Source of the DNA: an uncultured Bacteroidia bacterium
GTDB lineage: Bacteria; Bacteroidota; Bacteroidia; Bacteroidales; F082
Direction: 5' to 3'
DNA length: 54,239 bases
Assembly: GCA_902789915.1 (NCBI GenBank)
Contig: CADAPW010000001.1
Location: 1 to 54,239 of the forward strand
How positions within the stretch are numbered: position 1 is the first letter of the stretch; each line of letters starts with the position of its first letter. Both the position numbers and the translations under genes were made by a program. This document shows positions 25,353-32,677 of this stretch, piece after piece. Under the pieces are notes generated by a model. It did no database searches. It saw only the letters and a list, made by a program, of their open reading frames with translations, and was not told where the DNA came from.

Positions 25353-26533
25353 ATCCGCAAAAGACCATCTTACTTGCCTTCGTCCTAATTTCTTGCCTGA
25401 CAGCTAGCGCACGTCAAGTGACCGACACTTTATATTCTCCGCAAAAAGACAGGGTGATTGTCACTTACGACATGGTCCAAAAAAACGGCAAGGTTGAGAT
25501 ACGCTTCCTTGATGCGAAGAAAAAACTTGGTGCGGCCAATAAAGGGCAACACAAAGACATGTCAAAAATCGTAGTCATGTTTTTTGATCGCATTGGCTCT
25601 TTTAAAGGCCTCACCCTGAAAGGTTTGGGACCTTCCATGTTTATGGTACCTTCTGATATCGAATACGAAAGGTCTGAAGACGGTTATTTCATCATAGGTC
25701 AAGATGCCGCATTAACATTCAACGCAGATCTTACAAAGTCCACTAACTTGTCCATCCCCTTGTTTCTCGCAGAATATGAGCGGAAAAGCCATTACAAGAT
25801 TTTCGCCCCATGCGGTAACCTAGACATCATGATTGGCATTCCCAGACCGCAAGCGCAAAACAACGAAGAAAAGACAAACGAGACATTTATCCCTCTGGAA
25901 ATTGAAGATGCGCTCTCTGATACCGACGCGGAAGCCTTGACCAGTGTAAACTATATCATGGAACAGCTCTCGGAAATAGAGAAATTGCCTTTCAGCGAGA
26001 TGTTCATCAACGAGGTGGAAACGCTGAAGAAGATGAAATTCAAAGTGGAAAACAAAGATGTGGCTTCAAGAATCCAAGAGGCTTTAGAGGCTTTTGCTAA
26101 CAAGAAAGAAGCATTGGAAGCCCTTGCCGCTCAAGAAGCCCTCGCTGCTCAACAAGAAGCCGCCAAGCAAGACAGCATCGCCAAAGAAGAAGCCCGTCAA
26201 CAGCAAGAAGCCAACGCCGCTCTCGCCAAGGAAAAAGAGGACAAGGAAAAGAAGCAAACTATCTGGATGATTATAGGTGGCGTCTTATTGGCCATCCTAC
26301 TCTTTGTGGGCAACCAAGTCATGCAAAGCATACGTAGCAAAAAGACACAACGCAGCATGATGCAAATGCAACAAAACGCCGTCAACCAAGCCAAAAACAA
26401 GACAGCCAGCGCAATCCGTAAGGAAACAAGTCAAGTGGTAGGACAAACCAAACAAAAAGGGAAGGATCTGCTACGCGACAACACAGGCAAAATCATCAAA
26501 GGAAAAGGCAATAAAAAGAACATATCCATCTAA
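25349..26533 (+). CDS. Signal-peptide protein with a coiled-coil and a C-terminal transmembrane anchor (unknown function)
   Basis: 394 aa. It has an ATGA overlap with the previous gene. The signal peptide is MNPQKTILLAFVLISCLTASA. An Ala/Gln/Glu-rich coiled coil (EALEALAAQEALAAQQEAAKQDSIAKEEARQQQEANAALAKEKEDKEKK) is followed by the TM IWMIIGGVLLAILLFVGNQV and a basic tail. Confidence 0.45.
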   Translation: MNPQKTILLAFVLISCLTASARQVTDTLYSPQKDRVIVTYDMVQKNGKVEIRFLDAKKKLGAANKGQHKDMSKIVVMFFDRIGSFKGLTLKGLGPSMFMVPSDIEYERSEDGYFIIGQDAALTFNADLTKSTNLSIPLFLAEYERKSHYKIFAPCGNLDIMIGIPRPQAQNNEEKTNETFIPLEIEDALSDTDAEALTSVNYIMEQLSEIEKLPFSEMFINEVETLKKMKFKVENKDVASRIQEALEAFANKKEALEALAAQEALAAQQEAAKQDSIAKEEARQQQEANAALAKEKEDKEKKQTIWMIIGGVLLAILLFVGNQVMQSIRSKKTQRSMMQMQQNAVNQAKNKTASAIRKETSQVVGQTKQKGKDLLRDNTGKIIKGKGNKKNISI

Positions 26534-26538
26534 TCATT

Positions 26539-28218
26539 ATGAAACCCCTTCGGACTTTACTATTTACCATTGCGGTGTTCTTCTTCTTTGGACCATTTGC
26601 ACATGCCCAAAACACTTCCATAACAAGAAACAAAGACGGCTCCATCGACAAGGAAATCGTCATCAAAGAATTCAATTCTTTACTTGACACCTTGACGCAA
26701 TATCCCCAAAAGGACGAGGAATCCAATGACCTCATCAAAAATTATCTTTCTGGATTGTTTCCATATCCAGAGAATGTCAAAATCAGAGACAGGGAATACG
26801 ATGGCCTCAACCAAGACAAAGCCTACACTCTCGAGGAACAAGACCAAATCAACAAAAATTGCTACGATGAACTAGCAAATATCCTGTACCAAAAAAGACT
26901 ATCACAGCAAGAGACAATTGGTGAAATAGATGATAACTCCTCTAATTATTTAGATAAATGGAAATGGTTGCTAATAATACTGATATGCTGCTTGGCGGTG
27001 CTCATCGTGATTCTCATCATCGTGATTAGCCAATCAAAAAGCAAAAAGGCAAAGCGTGTACCCCAAAACATTGTGGTGAACCCAACAACCACAAACGAAA
27101 ACGACACGGGCATTATTGTGCGGCGTAAAACCACTTCCGTGATGCGCAAACAAAGTCTCAATGACGCTATTGGCAACAACAACTACATGATCATTGACTG
27201 CCAAGAGTTCTGTAATGATTCCTCGGTAAGGAGAATGTATATCAAGAATAGTTGTATCAAAGACATCTATAATATGTATGCCGAAGACCTGCGCAATCCC
27301 AACAACCCCAAAGAAGACGGTTGTATGGTCCTCGGTCGATGGGTACACGATGACAAGAGTGACAGCTACGATGTGTCTTTGGAAGAGATTGTCCTACCAG
27401 GCGACGATGCTATTTTCTCCGAATATGAGTTGAATTTCGGGGGAAAAATAAAACTGAGGGTTTCCGAGAAACTGAAGAAACTCCGCCGTGATACTGAATT
27501 GCAATACGATCTCACCTGTTGGGTACATTCCCATCCTGGTCTTGGTGTTTTCTTCAGCAACTCCGACTGCAACGTGCAGACACAGTTGAAGCATCCTACT
27601 CATCCTAATTTCCTGACCGCCATCGTTATCGACATTCTTACCCCGCAGCAGGAATTAGGCATTTTCACATACAAACACGACTCCAGCATCATCTCAAAAG
27701 CCGAGTTAAAGAAACTCTATTCTTTGGAGGATTGGTATAAATGGGCTTTGGAAAGCGAACGCCATGCATTCAAGCATGAAGACCATTACAACACTTTGGC
27801 AAACGCTTCAACACGGCTATCCTATTGCCACAGCATTGAGCTTAATAACAGCGTCATCATCGACATCTGCATGCTGACAGATTATCCTGAAGGCGAAACT
27901 TTGAGGATGATACACGGTTTTATCAACAATTCGTCGGACATGACGGAGTATGTGGCGGTTAAAATGAGCGACAATGTCTCCTTATCCGACAACGAGTTCA
28001 TCGGAGCATTCATCGTTGAATCGCATTGCAGTATTCCTTCCGTTAGGAAAGCGCTCACCAACTATCTGGGCCAAATCAAGTTCGTGTTGGTGTATTCCAC
28101 CACAGATGGCATACTGACCTCCATTCCTATCACAAACAATGATTTATGCATCGACCAAACCTGTTATGGAACACAAAAACTTGAAGACTTAAAGATATGG
28201 ACAAGAAGAAAAAGATAA
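26539..28218 (+). CDS. Membrane-anchored JAB/MPN+ (JAMM) metallopeptidase, candidate de-conjugating or processing enzyme
   Basis: 559 aa. It has a signal peptide (MKPLRTLLFTIAVFFFFGPFAHAQ) and the TM WKWLLIILICCLAVLIVILIIVISQ, followed by SKSKKAKR (positive-inside, so the C-terminal part is cytoplasmic). The complete JAMM motif is E282/E283 (nt 27382-27387) ... WVH330SH332PGLGVFFS340NSD343 (nt 27526-27567), which is HxHx7Sx2D. Confidence 0.8.
   Translation: MKPLRTLLFTIAVFFFFGPFAHAQNTSITRNKDGSIDKEIVIKEFNSLLDTLTQYPQKDEESNDLIKNYLSGLFPYPENVKIRDREYDGLNQDKAYTLEEQDQINKNCYDELANILYQKRLSQQETIGEIDDNSSNYLDKWKWLLIILICCLAVLIVILIIVISQSKSKKAKRVPQNIVVNPTTTNENDTGIIVRRKTTSVMRKQSLNDAIGNNNYMIIDCQEFCNDSSVRRMYIKNSCIKDIYNMYAEDLRNPNNPKEDGCMVLGRWVHDDKSDSYDVSLEEIVLPGDDAIFSEYELNFGGKIKLRVSEKLKKLRRDTELQYDLTCWVHSHPGLGVFFSNSDCNVQTQLKHPTHPNFLTAIVIDILTPQQELGIFTYKHDSSIISKAELKKLYSLEDWYKWALESERHAFKHEDHYNTLANASTRLSYCHSIELNNSVIIDICMLTDYPEGETLRMIHGFINNSSDMTEYVAVKMSDNVSLSDNEFIGAFIVESHCSIPSVRKALTNYLGQIKFVLVYSTTDGILTSIPITNNDLCIDQTCYGTQKLEDLKIWTRRKR
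27526..27567 (+). other. JAMM zinc-site motif HSHPGLGVFFSNSD
   Basis: Read codon by codon, from cat at 27526-27528 to the Asp codon at 27565-27567. Confidence 0.8.
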
Positions 28219-30575
28219 GTAAACTGAAAGCCTTGGCATTAGCCACATTATTCGCTTTGACCTCTGCAGCTTATGCACAAGATGTCAAGGAAATACAATT
28301 CTGCGACAAAAAATACCTGCCCGACAACGACAGCATCACATTATTCCTGAAAGTCCTCAATAGCCACAACCAGTCCGCAGATGTTGACACTACTATCCTT
28401 AAACAACGCCTGACGATTACGGAAGACGGCACCCCTATTCCAAGGGAAAAATACGAGATTTGTCCCCTAACCTCAGGACAACGCATCCCGGCCAACTACA
28501 CTTTCTCCGTCCTAGTCGACCTGAGCATACCTGAAAACGGCAAAGGCCAAATCTACGACGCGGTGAAAAATCTAGTAGAAAGTGCCCACGACAGTTGCGT
28601 CTATCTCTCGTTTTTCGGTGACAAAGTGGGGCAAAGCTTATTGGTCACAAAACAGAACTATCCCGACCTCAAAGAGCAGTTTCTTTTTACTGCCAATGAA
28701 AAATGTTTTTATAGTGCGCTTTACGCCAAAATTGCTGAATTTAACTGGCTGAATTCACCCTTGGAAGACATTATCAACACGGAAGACAATTACACAAAGA
28801 TCGACGCCATTTCCGTAAAAGCCAAAGAAAACATTGATAAGAATATTTTGTTTGTCTTCACAGAAGGCAACACGCTTCCGAAAATTGAACAAATCAGTTA
28901 TCACGAGGTAACAGAATACCAAAACGATGCTTCTCGTGTCGTTCCCAAGATTTATGCCTTATTCTACGATGCTGGAAACGGTATTGATGACATGGTAGAA
29001 CTAACCTTACGAGGTGTGACCAATCCCAACATTGCCGACCGTCAAGGTGCCTTCATGCCTTCAAATGATATTCATAGCATTATCGAGAACTTTGAGCAAG
29101 CCGTCAAAAACGAAATGTATGATTTCGCTTTCACTTATCAAGTGCCCGAAGACAAGACTTACAAAGGAAAGGTTCAATATGAGGCGCTTTGGGACGAGGA
29201 AAGCTATGGTTTTGGTGCCTTTTCCATCGGTACAGAAGAACAAGTATGGCCTAAACGCGAACAGAAAGCCAACGATTGGATTGTCAAATATTTAATTGCC
29301 CTGTTGATTACGCTGCTCACCATCTTATTCTTCATCATTGTGACGAAAGTCATCATTCCTGGAATAAAGTCGTTGACTTTCTCATTGAAACACTATAAGA
29401 AATACAAACCTGAAGCAAACGTGCAGAAACGCGTGTGTCACTATTGCCGCCGCGAGATCATGCCAGGCGACCCCGTAGTGACCAAGTGCAAACACATCAT
29501 GCATTTGGAATGCTGGAAAGAAAACGGCTACAAATGCTCAGAATATGGACAAAACTGTAAGGAAGGCATACAAGAGCACGTCCATTGGAGAGACGTATTC
29601 AGCCTTAGTTCGCTTCGCGATTGTTACCAAACCATAGCGGGCATCTTGGCTGGTCTTGTCAGCTGGATTATATATAATCTGCTAGGAGACGGGGCTTTTG
29701 GAGGTTTGTCACGAGCCATTGTCAATACATTTTACAACAAAGACGAGCTACTTAATGGCTTGACGACGGAATGTACCGCCAAAGTGTCATCCTTCCTGAC
29801 CATTGGTTTACTATTGGCTTTCTTCTTGTCGCTCATTTTCCGTTATTTTGATGGTGTACGAAAAAAGGACTGGAAATCATTATTGAAGACATTTGGCTGG
29901 TCGTTGGTATCAGGACTCATCGGCATGGCGGCTTTCGCCGTGGGAGCCATTATTCTTTGCCTATTGCTCTCGCCAGAAGACACATATATCCATTGGGCGT
30001 ACTCCATCCCCGCATACTTGCTGTTCTCAGTCTGCGCCTCACTCAGTCTCACCATCAAGTCGACCATTCCGGCGAAAAGTGCCTTGATTGGAGGTCTTAT
30101 TTCAGCTGTAATTGGTTTCATCGTCTTGTATTTTTCCAACATTACAAGCGCACGTCGTGGCTGGATGAACATGCTTCTCGACTTTGTCATCTATGGTGGT
30201 GGCCTTGGAGCCTCATTGGTTACAGTCCGCATGTTGGCTGAGAAATACTATCTAGTCATTAAGAACGGAGTCAAAGAAGGCCAACGCATCCCCATCCACA
30301 AATGGATGAATGCCACAGGTGGTGGCAATAAAGTGACCATTGGTATGACTGAACGCTGCGAAATCCAAATGACATGGGAAAAAAGCAACAAAGTTGCCAA
30401 AGAGCATGTGCAACTTTATGTAGACCACACCCGCTCTCAAGCCATGCTTAAGCCTATGGCGACAAAGGTAATATATAACTCTCGGGCGGAACTTCCCTTA
30501 AACAAACCTGTTGGACTGTCCAACAATGACACTTTCACTGTGGGTGACACCATTTTCCAATATGTTGAGAACTAA
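28197..30575 (+). CDS. Polytopic membrane RING-H2 E3-like protein with a periplasmic vWA-like domain and a C-terminal FHA-like domain
   Basis: 792 aa. Signal peptide: MDKKKKISKLKALALATLFALTSAAYA-QD. Residues ~95-230 resemble a vWA fold with a degenerate MIDAS (FSVLVDLSIPENG ... VYLSFFGDKV ... NILFVFTEGN). The TM at 361-387 is followed by the basic KHYKKYKPEANVQKR. The RING-H2 is C414-x2-C417-x13-C431-x-H433-x2-H436-x2-C439-W-x6-C447-x6-C454 (CHYCRREIMPGDPVVTKCKHIMHLECWKENGYKCSEYGQNC). I count about six further hydrophobic segments (477-678). The FHA-like end is YLVIKNGVKEGQRIPIHK...NKVTIGMTERCEIQM...VAKEHVQLYVDH...VIYNSRAEL...LSNNDTFTVGDTIFQYVEN. Confidence 0.75.
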   Translation: MDKKKKISKLKALALATLFALTSAAYAQDVKEIQFCDKKYLPDNDSITLFLKVLNSHNQSADVDTTILKQRLTITEDGTPIPREKYEICPLTSGQRIPANYTFSVLVDLSIPENGKGQIYDAVKNLVESAHDSCVYLSFFGDKVGQSLLVTKQNYPDLKEQFLFTANEKCFYSALYAKIAEFNWLNSPLEDIINTEDNYTKIDAISVKAKENIDKNILFVFTEGNTLPKIEQISYHEVTEYQNDASRVVPKIYALFYDAGNGIDDMVELTLRGVTNPNIADRQGAFMPSNDIHSIIENFEQAVKNEMYDFAFTYQVPEDKTYKGKVQYEALWDEESYGFGAFSIGTEEQVWPKREQKANDWIVKYLIALLITLLTILFFIIVTKVIIPGIKSLTFSLKHYKKYKPEANVQKRVCHYCRREIMPGDPVVTKCKHIMHLECWKENGYKCSEYGQNCKEGIQEHVHWRDVFSLSSLRDCYQTIAGILAGLVSWIIYNLLGDGAFGGLSRAIVNTFYNKDELLNGLTTECTAKVSSFLTIGLLLAFFLSLIFRYFDGVRKKDWKSLLKTFGWSLVSGLIGMAAFAVGAIILCLLLSPEDTYIHWAYSIPAYLLFSVCASLSLTIKSTIPAKSALIGGLISAVIGFIVLYFSNITSARRGWMNMLLDFVIYGGGLGASLVTVRMLAEKYYLVIKNGVKEGQRIPIHKWMNATGGGNKVTIGMTERCEIQMTWEKSNKVAKEHVQLYVDHTRSQAMLKPMATKVIYNSRAELPLNKPVGLSNNDTFTVGDTIFQYVEN
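29436..29558 (+). other. RING-H2 finger (C414 to C454)
   Basis: Cys/His codons checked directly: tgt 29436, tgc 29445, tgc 29511 (C439), tgc 29535 (C447), tgt 29556 (C454). The last ligand pair is spaced C-x6-C rather than the canonical C-x2-C. Confidence 0.7.
30246..30572 (+). other. FHA-like domain (residues ~684-792 of the RING protein)
   Basis: The strand pattern is that of FHA domains. However, the canonical pThr-binding residues are substituted: GR becomes GM, SRxH becomes AKEH, and NG becomes YN. Phosphopeptide binding is therefore not assured. Confidence 0.5.
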
Positions 30576-30586
30576 TTTGTCGATTC

Positions 30587-31786
30587 ATGGAAAAGGAGAA
30601 CAAATACGAATGGGGTGAAGGTGTTTTTACTTTGCTTTCTTGGTTTAAGAAAGAAAAGGTGAAAAACGCCAGAATTCTTGTGGCTGGTGCTGGTGCATTG
30701 GGTAATGAAGTGGTGAAAGATTTGGCGTTATTCGGAGTCGGACACATCTTTGTGGTGGATTTTGACAAGATTGAACTATCCAACCTTACCCGATCGGTAT
30801 TGTTCAGAGAAGAAGACGCTTACAGTCATTCATACAAGGCTGACATCGCAGCCAAACGAGCCATGGAAATCAATCCTCAAATCAAGGTTGTGCCTATCGT
30901 TGGAAACCTTTTCTCGGAAGTCGGTTTCGGTATCTATCGTTCGGTTGATGTCGTCATAGGATGTCTCGACAGCCGCATTGCACGCTATCTGCTTAACCGC
31001 CTATGCATGCGCGCCGGCAAGACTTGGATTGACGGTAGTATTGAGAACCTAACTGGTGTGGTGAAAGTGTTTACGCCTGGTATGAATTGTTACGAATGCG
31101 GTTTGTCGCGCGAAGAGTTCAACCACATCATGCTCCGCACGGGATGCGCTGATGTGGTGCGTAACCAAAGTTCGGCGGGCAGGGTGGCCACTACGCCCAT
31201 CAGCGCATCCATTATCGGTGCCATGCAAGTGCAAGAAGCCATGAAAGTTATTCACTCCGATACGGAAAGCGCTGCACAATTCAAGACACTGGAAGGGAAA
31301 ATGTTGCGTTACGAAGGTCTGACCAACAGTACCAACATCTATAAGTTTTCCTCATGGAAAAAAACATGCCCCTCTCACGAACGCTGGGAGCCTGTCATAG
31401 AAGGGAAAAACCTATCAGCCACTATGACCGTAAAGACCTTTCTTGCCAAACTCAAGATATTGCTTGGAGTCAAAACCTTGGAAATCAACATGTGCAACAA
31501 CAAATTTGTGGACAAGATTGTTTCCGACAAGCCAGAAAAAGAATTTGTAGTCATGATTCCAGAATCAAAGCTGAACGAACTCATCAACGAAAATGCCGAA
31601 CTCAAAAAACTTAGTTACATCACTTTGTTCCACAAATCGTTCTACGAGAATATAGACCTCGATTTCCCATACCAGGACCTTACACTTCAACAAATCGGCA
31701 TTCCTTTGTTTGACGTGGTACAAGTCAGCACCGAGAAAGGAGTGTTTTATGTAGAACTCAGTGGTGATGCCGCAACTTTTAAATGA
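30587..31786 (+). CDS. E1-like adenylating/activating enzyme (ThiF/MoeB/HesA superfamily) with an extra C-terminal domain
   Basis: 399 aa. Rossmann loop: ARILVAGAGALGNEV (GxGxxG at nt 30686-30703). Arg-finger motif: DKIELSNLTRSVLF. Mg/ATP Asp region: VVIGCLDSRIARYLLNRLC. Other motifs are GVVKVFTPGMNCYECG (CxxC), crossover-loop Cys187 (LRTGCADV, tgc at 31145-31147), TTPISASIIGAMQVQEAMKVI and C261-P-S-H264. Residues ~275-399 lie outside the adenylation fold. Confidence 0.85.
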   Translation: MEKENKYEWGEGVFTLLSWFKKEKVKNARILVAGAGALGNEVVKDLALFGVGHIFVVDFDKIELSNLTRSVLFREEDAYSHSYKADIAAKRAMEINPQIKVVPIVGNLFSEVGFGIYRSVDVVIGCLDSRIARYLLNRLCMRAGKTWIDGSIENLTGVVKVFTPGMNCYECGLSREEFNHIMLRTGCADVVRNQSSAGRVATTPISASIIGAMQVQEAMKVIHSDTESAAQFKTLEGKMLRYEGLTNSTNIYKFSSWKKTCPSHERWEPVIEGKNLSATMTVKTFLAKLKILLGVKTLEINMCNNKFVDKIVSDKPEKEFVVMIPESKLNELINENAELKKLSYITLFHKSFYENIDLDFPYQDLTLQQIGIPLFDVVQVSTEKGVFYVELSGDAATFK

Positions 31787-31793
31787 TTAAGCC

Positions 31794-32672
31794 ATGCTTC
31801 CAAAGAACATCCCCGACGACATCAACGTAGAAGTCCTTCTTTCATATTTGCAAGAAGGGTCGTATAAGGTGATGTTCAACGGAATGCATAAGCGTAATGC
31901 CTACAATGACATTCTGGAGATTACAGAAGAGAACGGCTCCTTGATGCTAACTTTAGGTCGGGGAAGCCTGTACAACAAGTTGCCTGAACTGTTGTTTCAT
32001 CCCATCGACCGTTTCGACAACCTGCCTGCTCAAAACGAGAAAGAAAGGTTTCGCGAAGAATATGAGGCTCAAACTGCCGAAATTAAGAATGCACGCAAAT
32101 TCTTTGCCCCAATAGACCTCATGCTACTCAAGCTGCGCATGATGGCTAGAGAAAAGCTGGATATTTACGCCACATCCGACAAGGTCTTGATGGATATTCT
32201 CGGTGATGAACTCACCAAAGAGCAAAAACAAAACCGCTTTTGCCGTCAAATACTGCCTTTCCTGCCTTTCTGCAAATACATCAGAGGTAACCGAACCCTT
32301 CTTACCATGATGCTTCGCAAAGCCTTAAAAGAAGAGAATCTAGGTATCGACATCAGCGAAAAACCGCATGAGACAATCGACCTTAATCCCAGATACGACA
32401 CCTGCCTTGGCGAGAAACTTGATTCTCTTTATGTAGACAACACCTTTAACGAGTCCGTTCTGACCTACGATATCCATTATTGGTCGGAAGAAGAGTGCAA
32501 CGAGCATTTCTTACGATTCATCGATGAAATGGAGACCTTTCGTTTGTTCATCCAAGACTATTTCATGTCTCTGGATGCCATCTTATGTTTCAACATCTGT
32601 CACGACAGCGAGTCAACCATCCTGTCAGATGATATATCCTACCAATATTTGAATTATAACACGAATCTATAA
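31794..32672 (+). CDS. Candidate T6SS baseplate subunit TssG
   Basis: 292 aa, 7 nt after the E1 stop. The size fits TssG. There is loose similarity to TssG patterns (VEVLLSYLQEG ..., LTLGRGSLYNKLPELLFHPI). TssG is otherwise missing from a locus that has TssE, TssF and TssK-like genes. Weak call. Confidence 0.35.
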   Translation: MLPKNIPDDINVEVLLSYLQEGSYKVMFNGMHKRNAYNDILEITEENGSLMLTLGRGSLYNKLPELLFHPIDRFDNLPAQNEKERFREEYEAQTAEIKNARKFFAPIDLMLLKLRMMAREKLDIYATSDKVLMDILGDELTKEQKQNRFCRQILPFLPFCKYIRGNRTLLTMMLRKALKEENLGIDISEKPHETIDLNPRYDTCLGEKLDSLYVDNTFNESVLTYDIHYWSEEECNEHFLRFIDEMETFRLFIQDYFMSLDAILCFNICHDSESTILSDDISYQYLNYNTNL

Positions 32673-32677
32673 CTACC

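Noticed and set aside
30587-31786. Interpreting the E1-like gene as an ordinary MoeB/ThiF cofactor-biosynthesis enzyme
   Set aside because: No MoaD/ThiS-type sulfur carrier, MoaE, ThiG/ThiH or rhodanese genes are nearby. Instead the gene sits in a string with an HPN-type E2, a JAMM peptidase, a RING finger and a Gly-terminated small protein.
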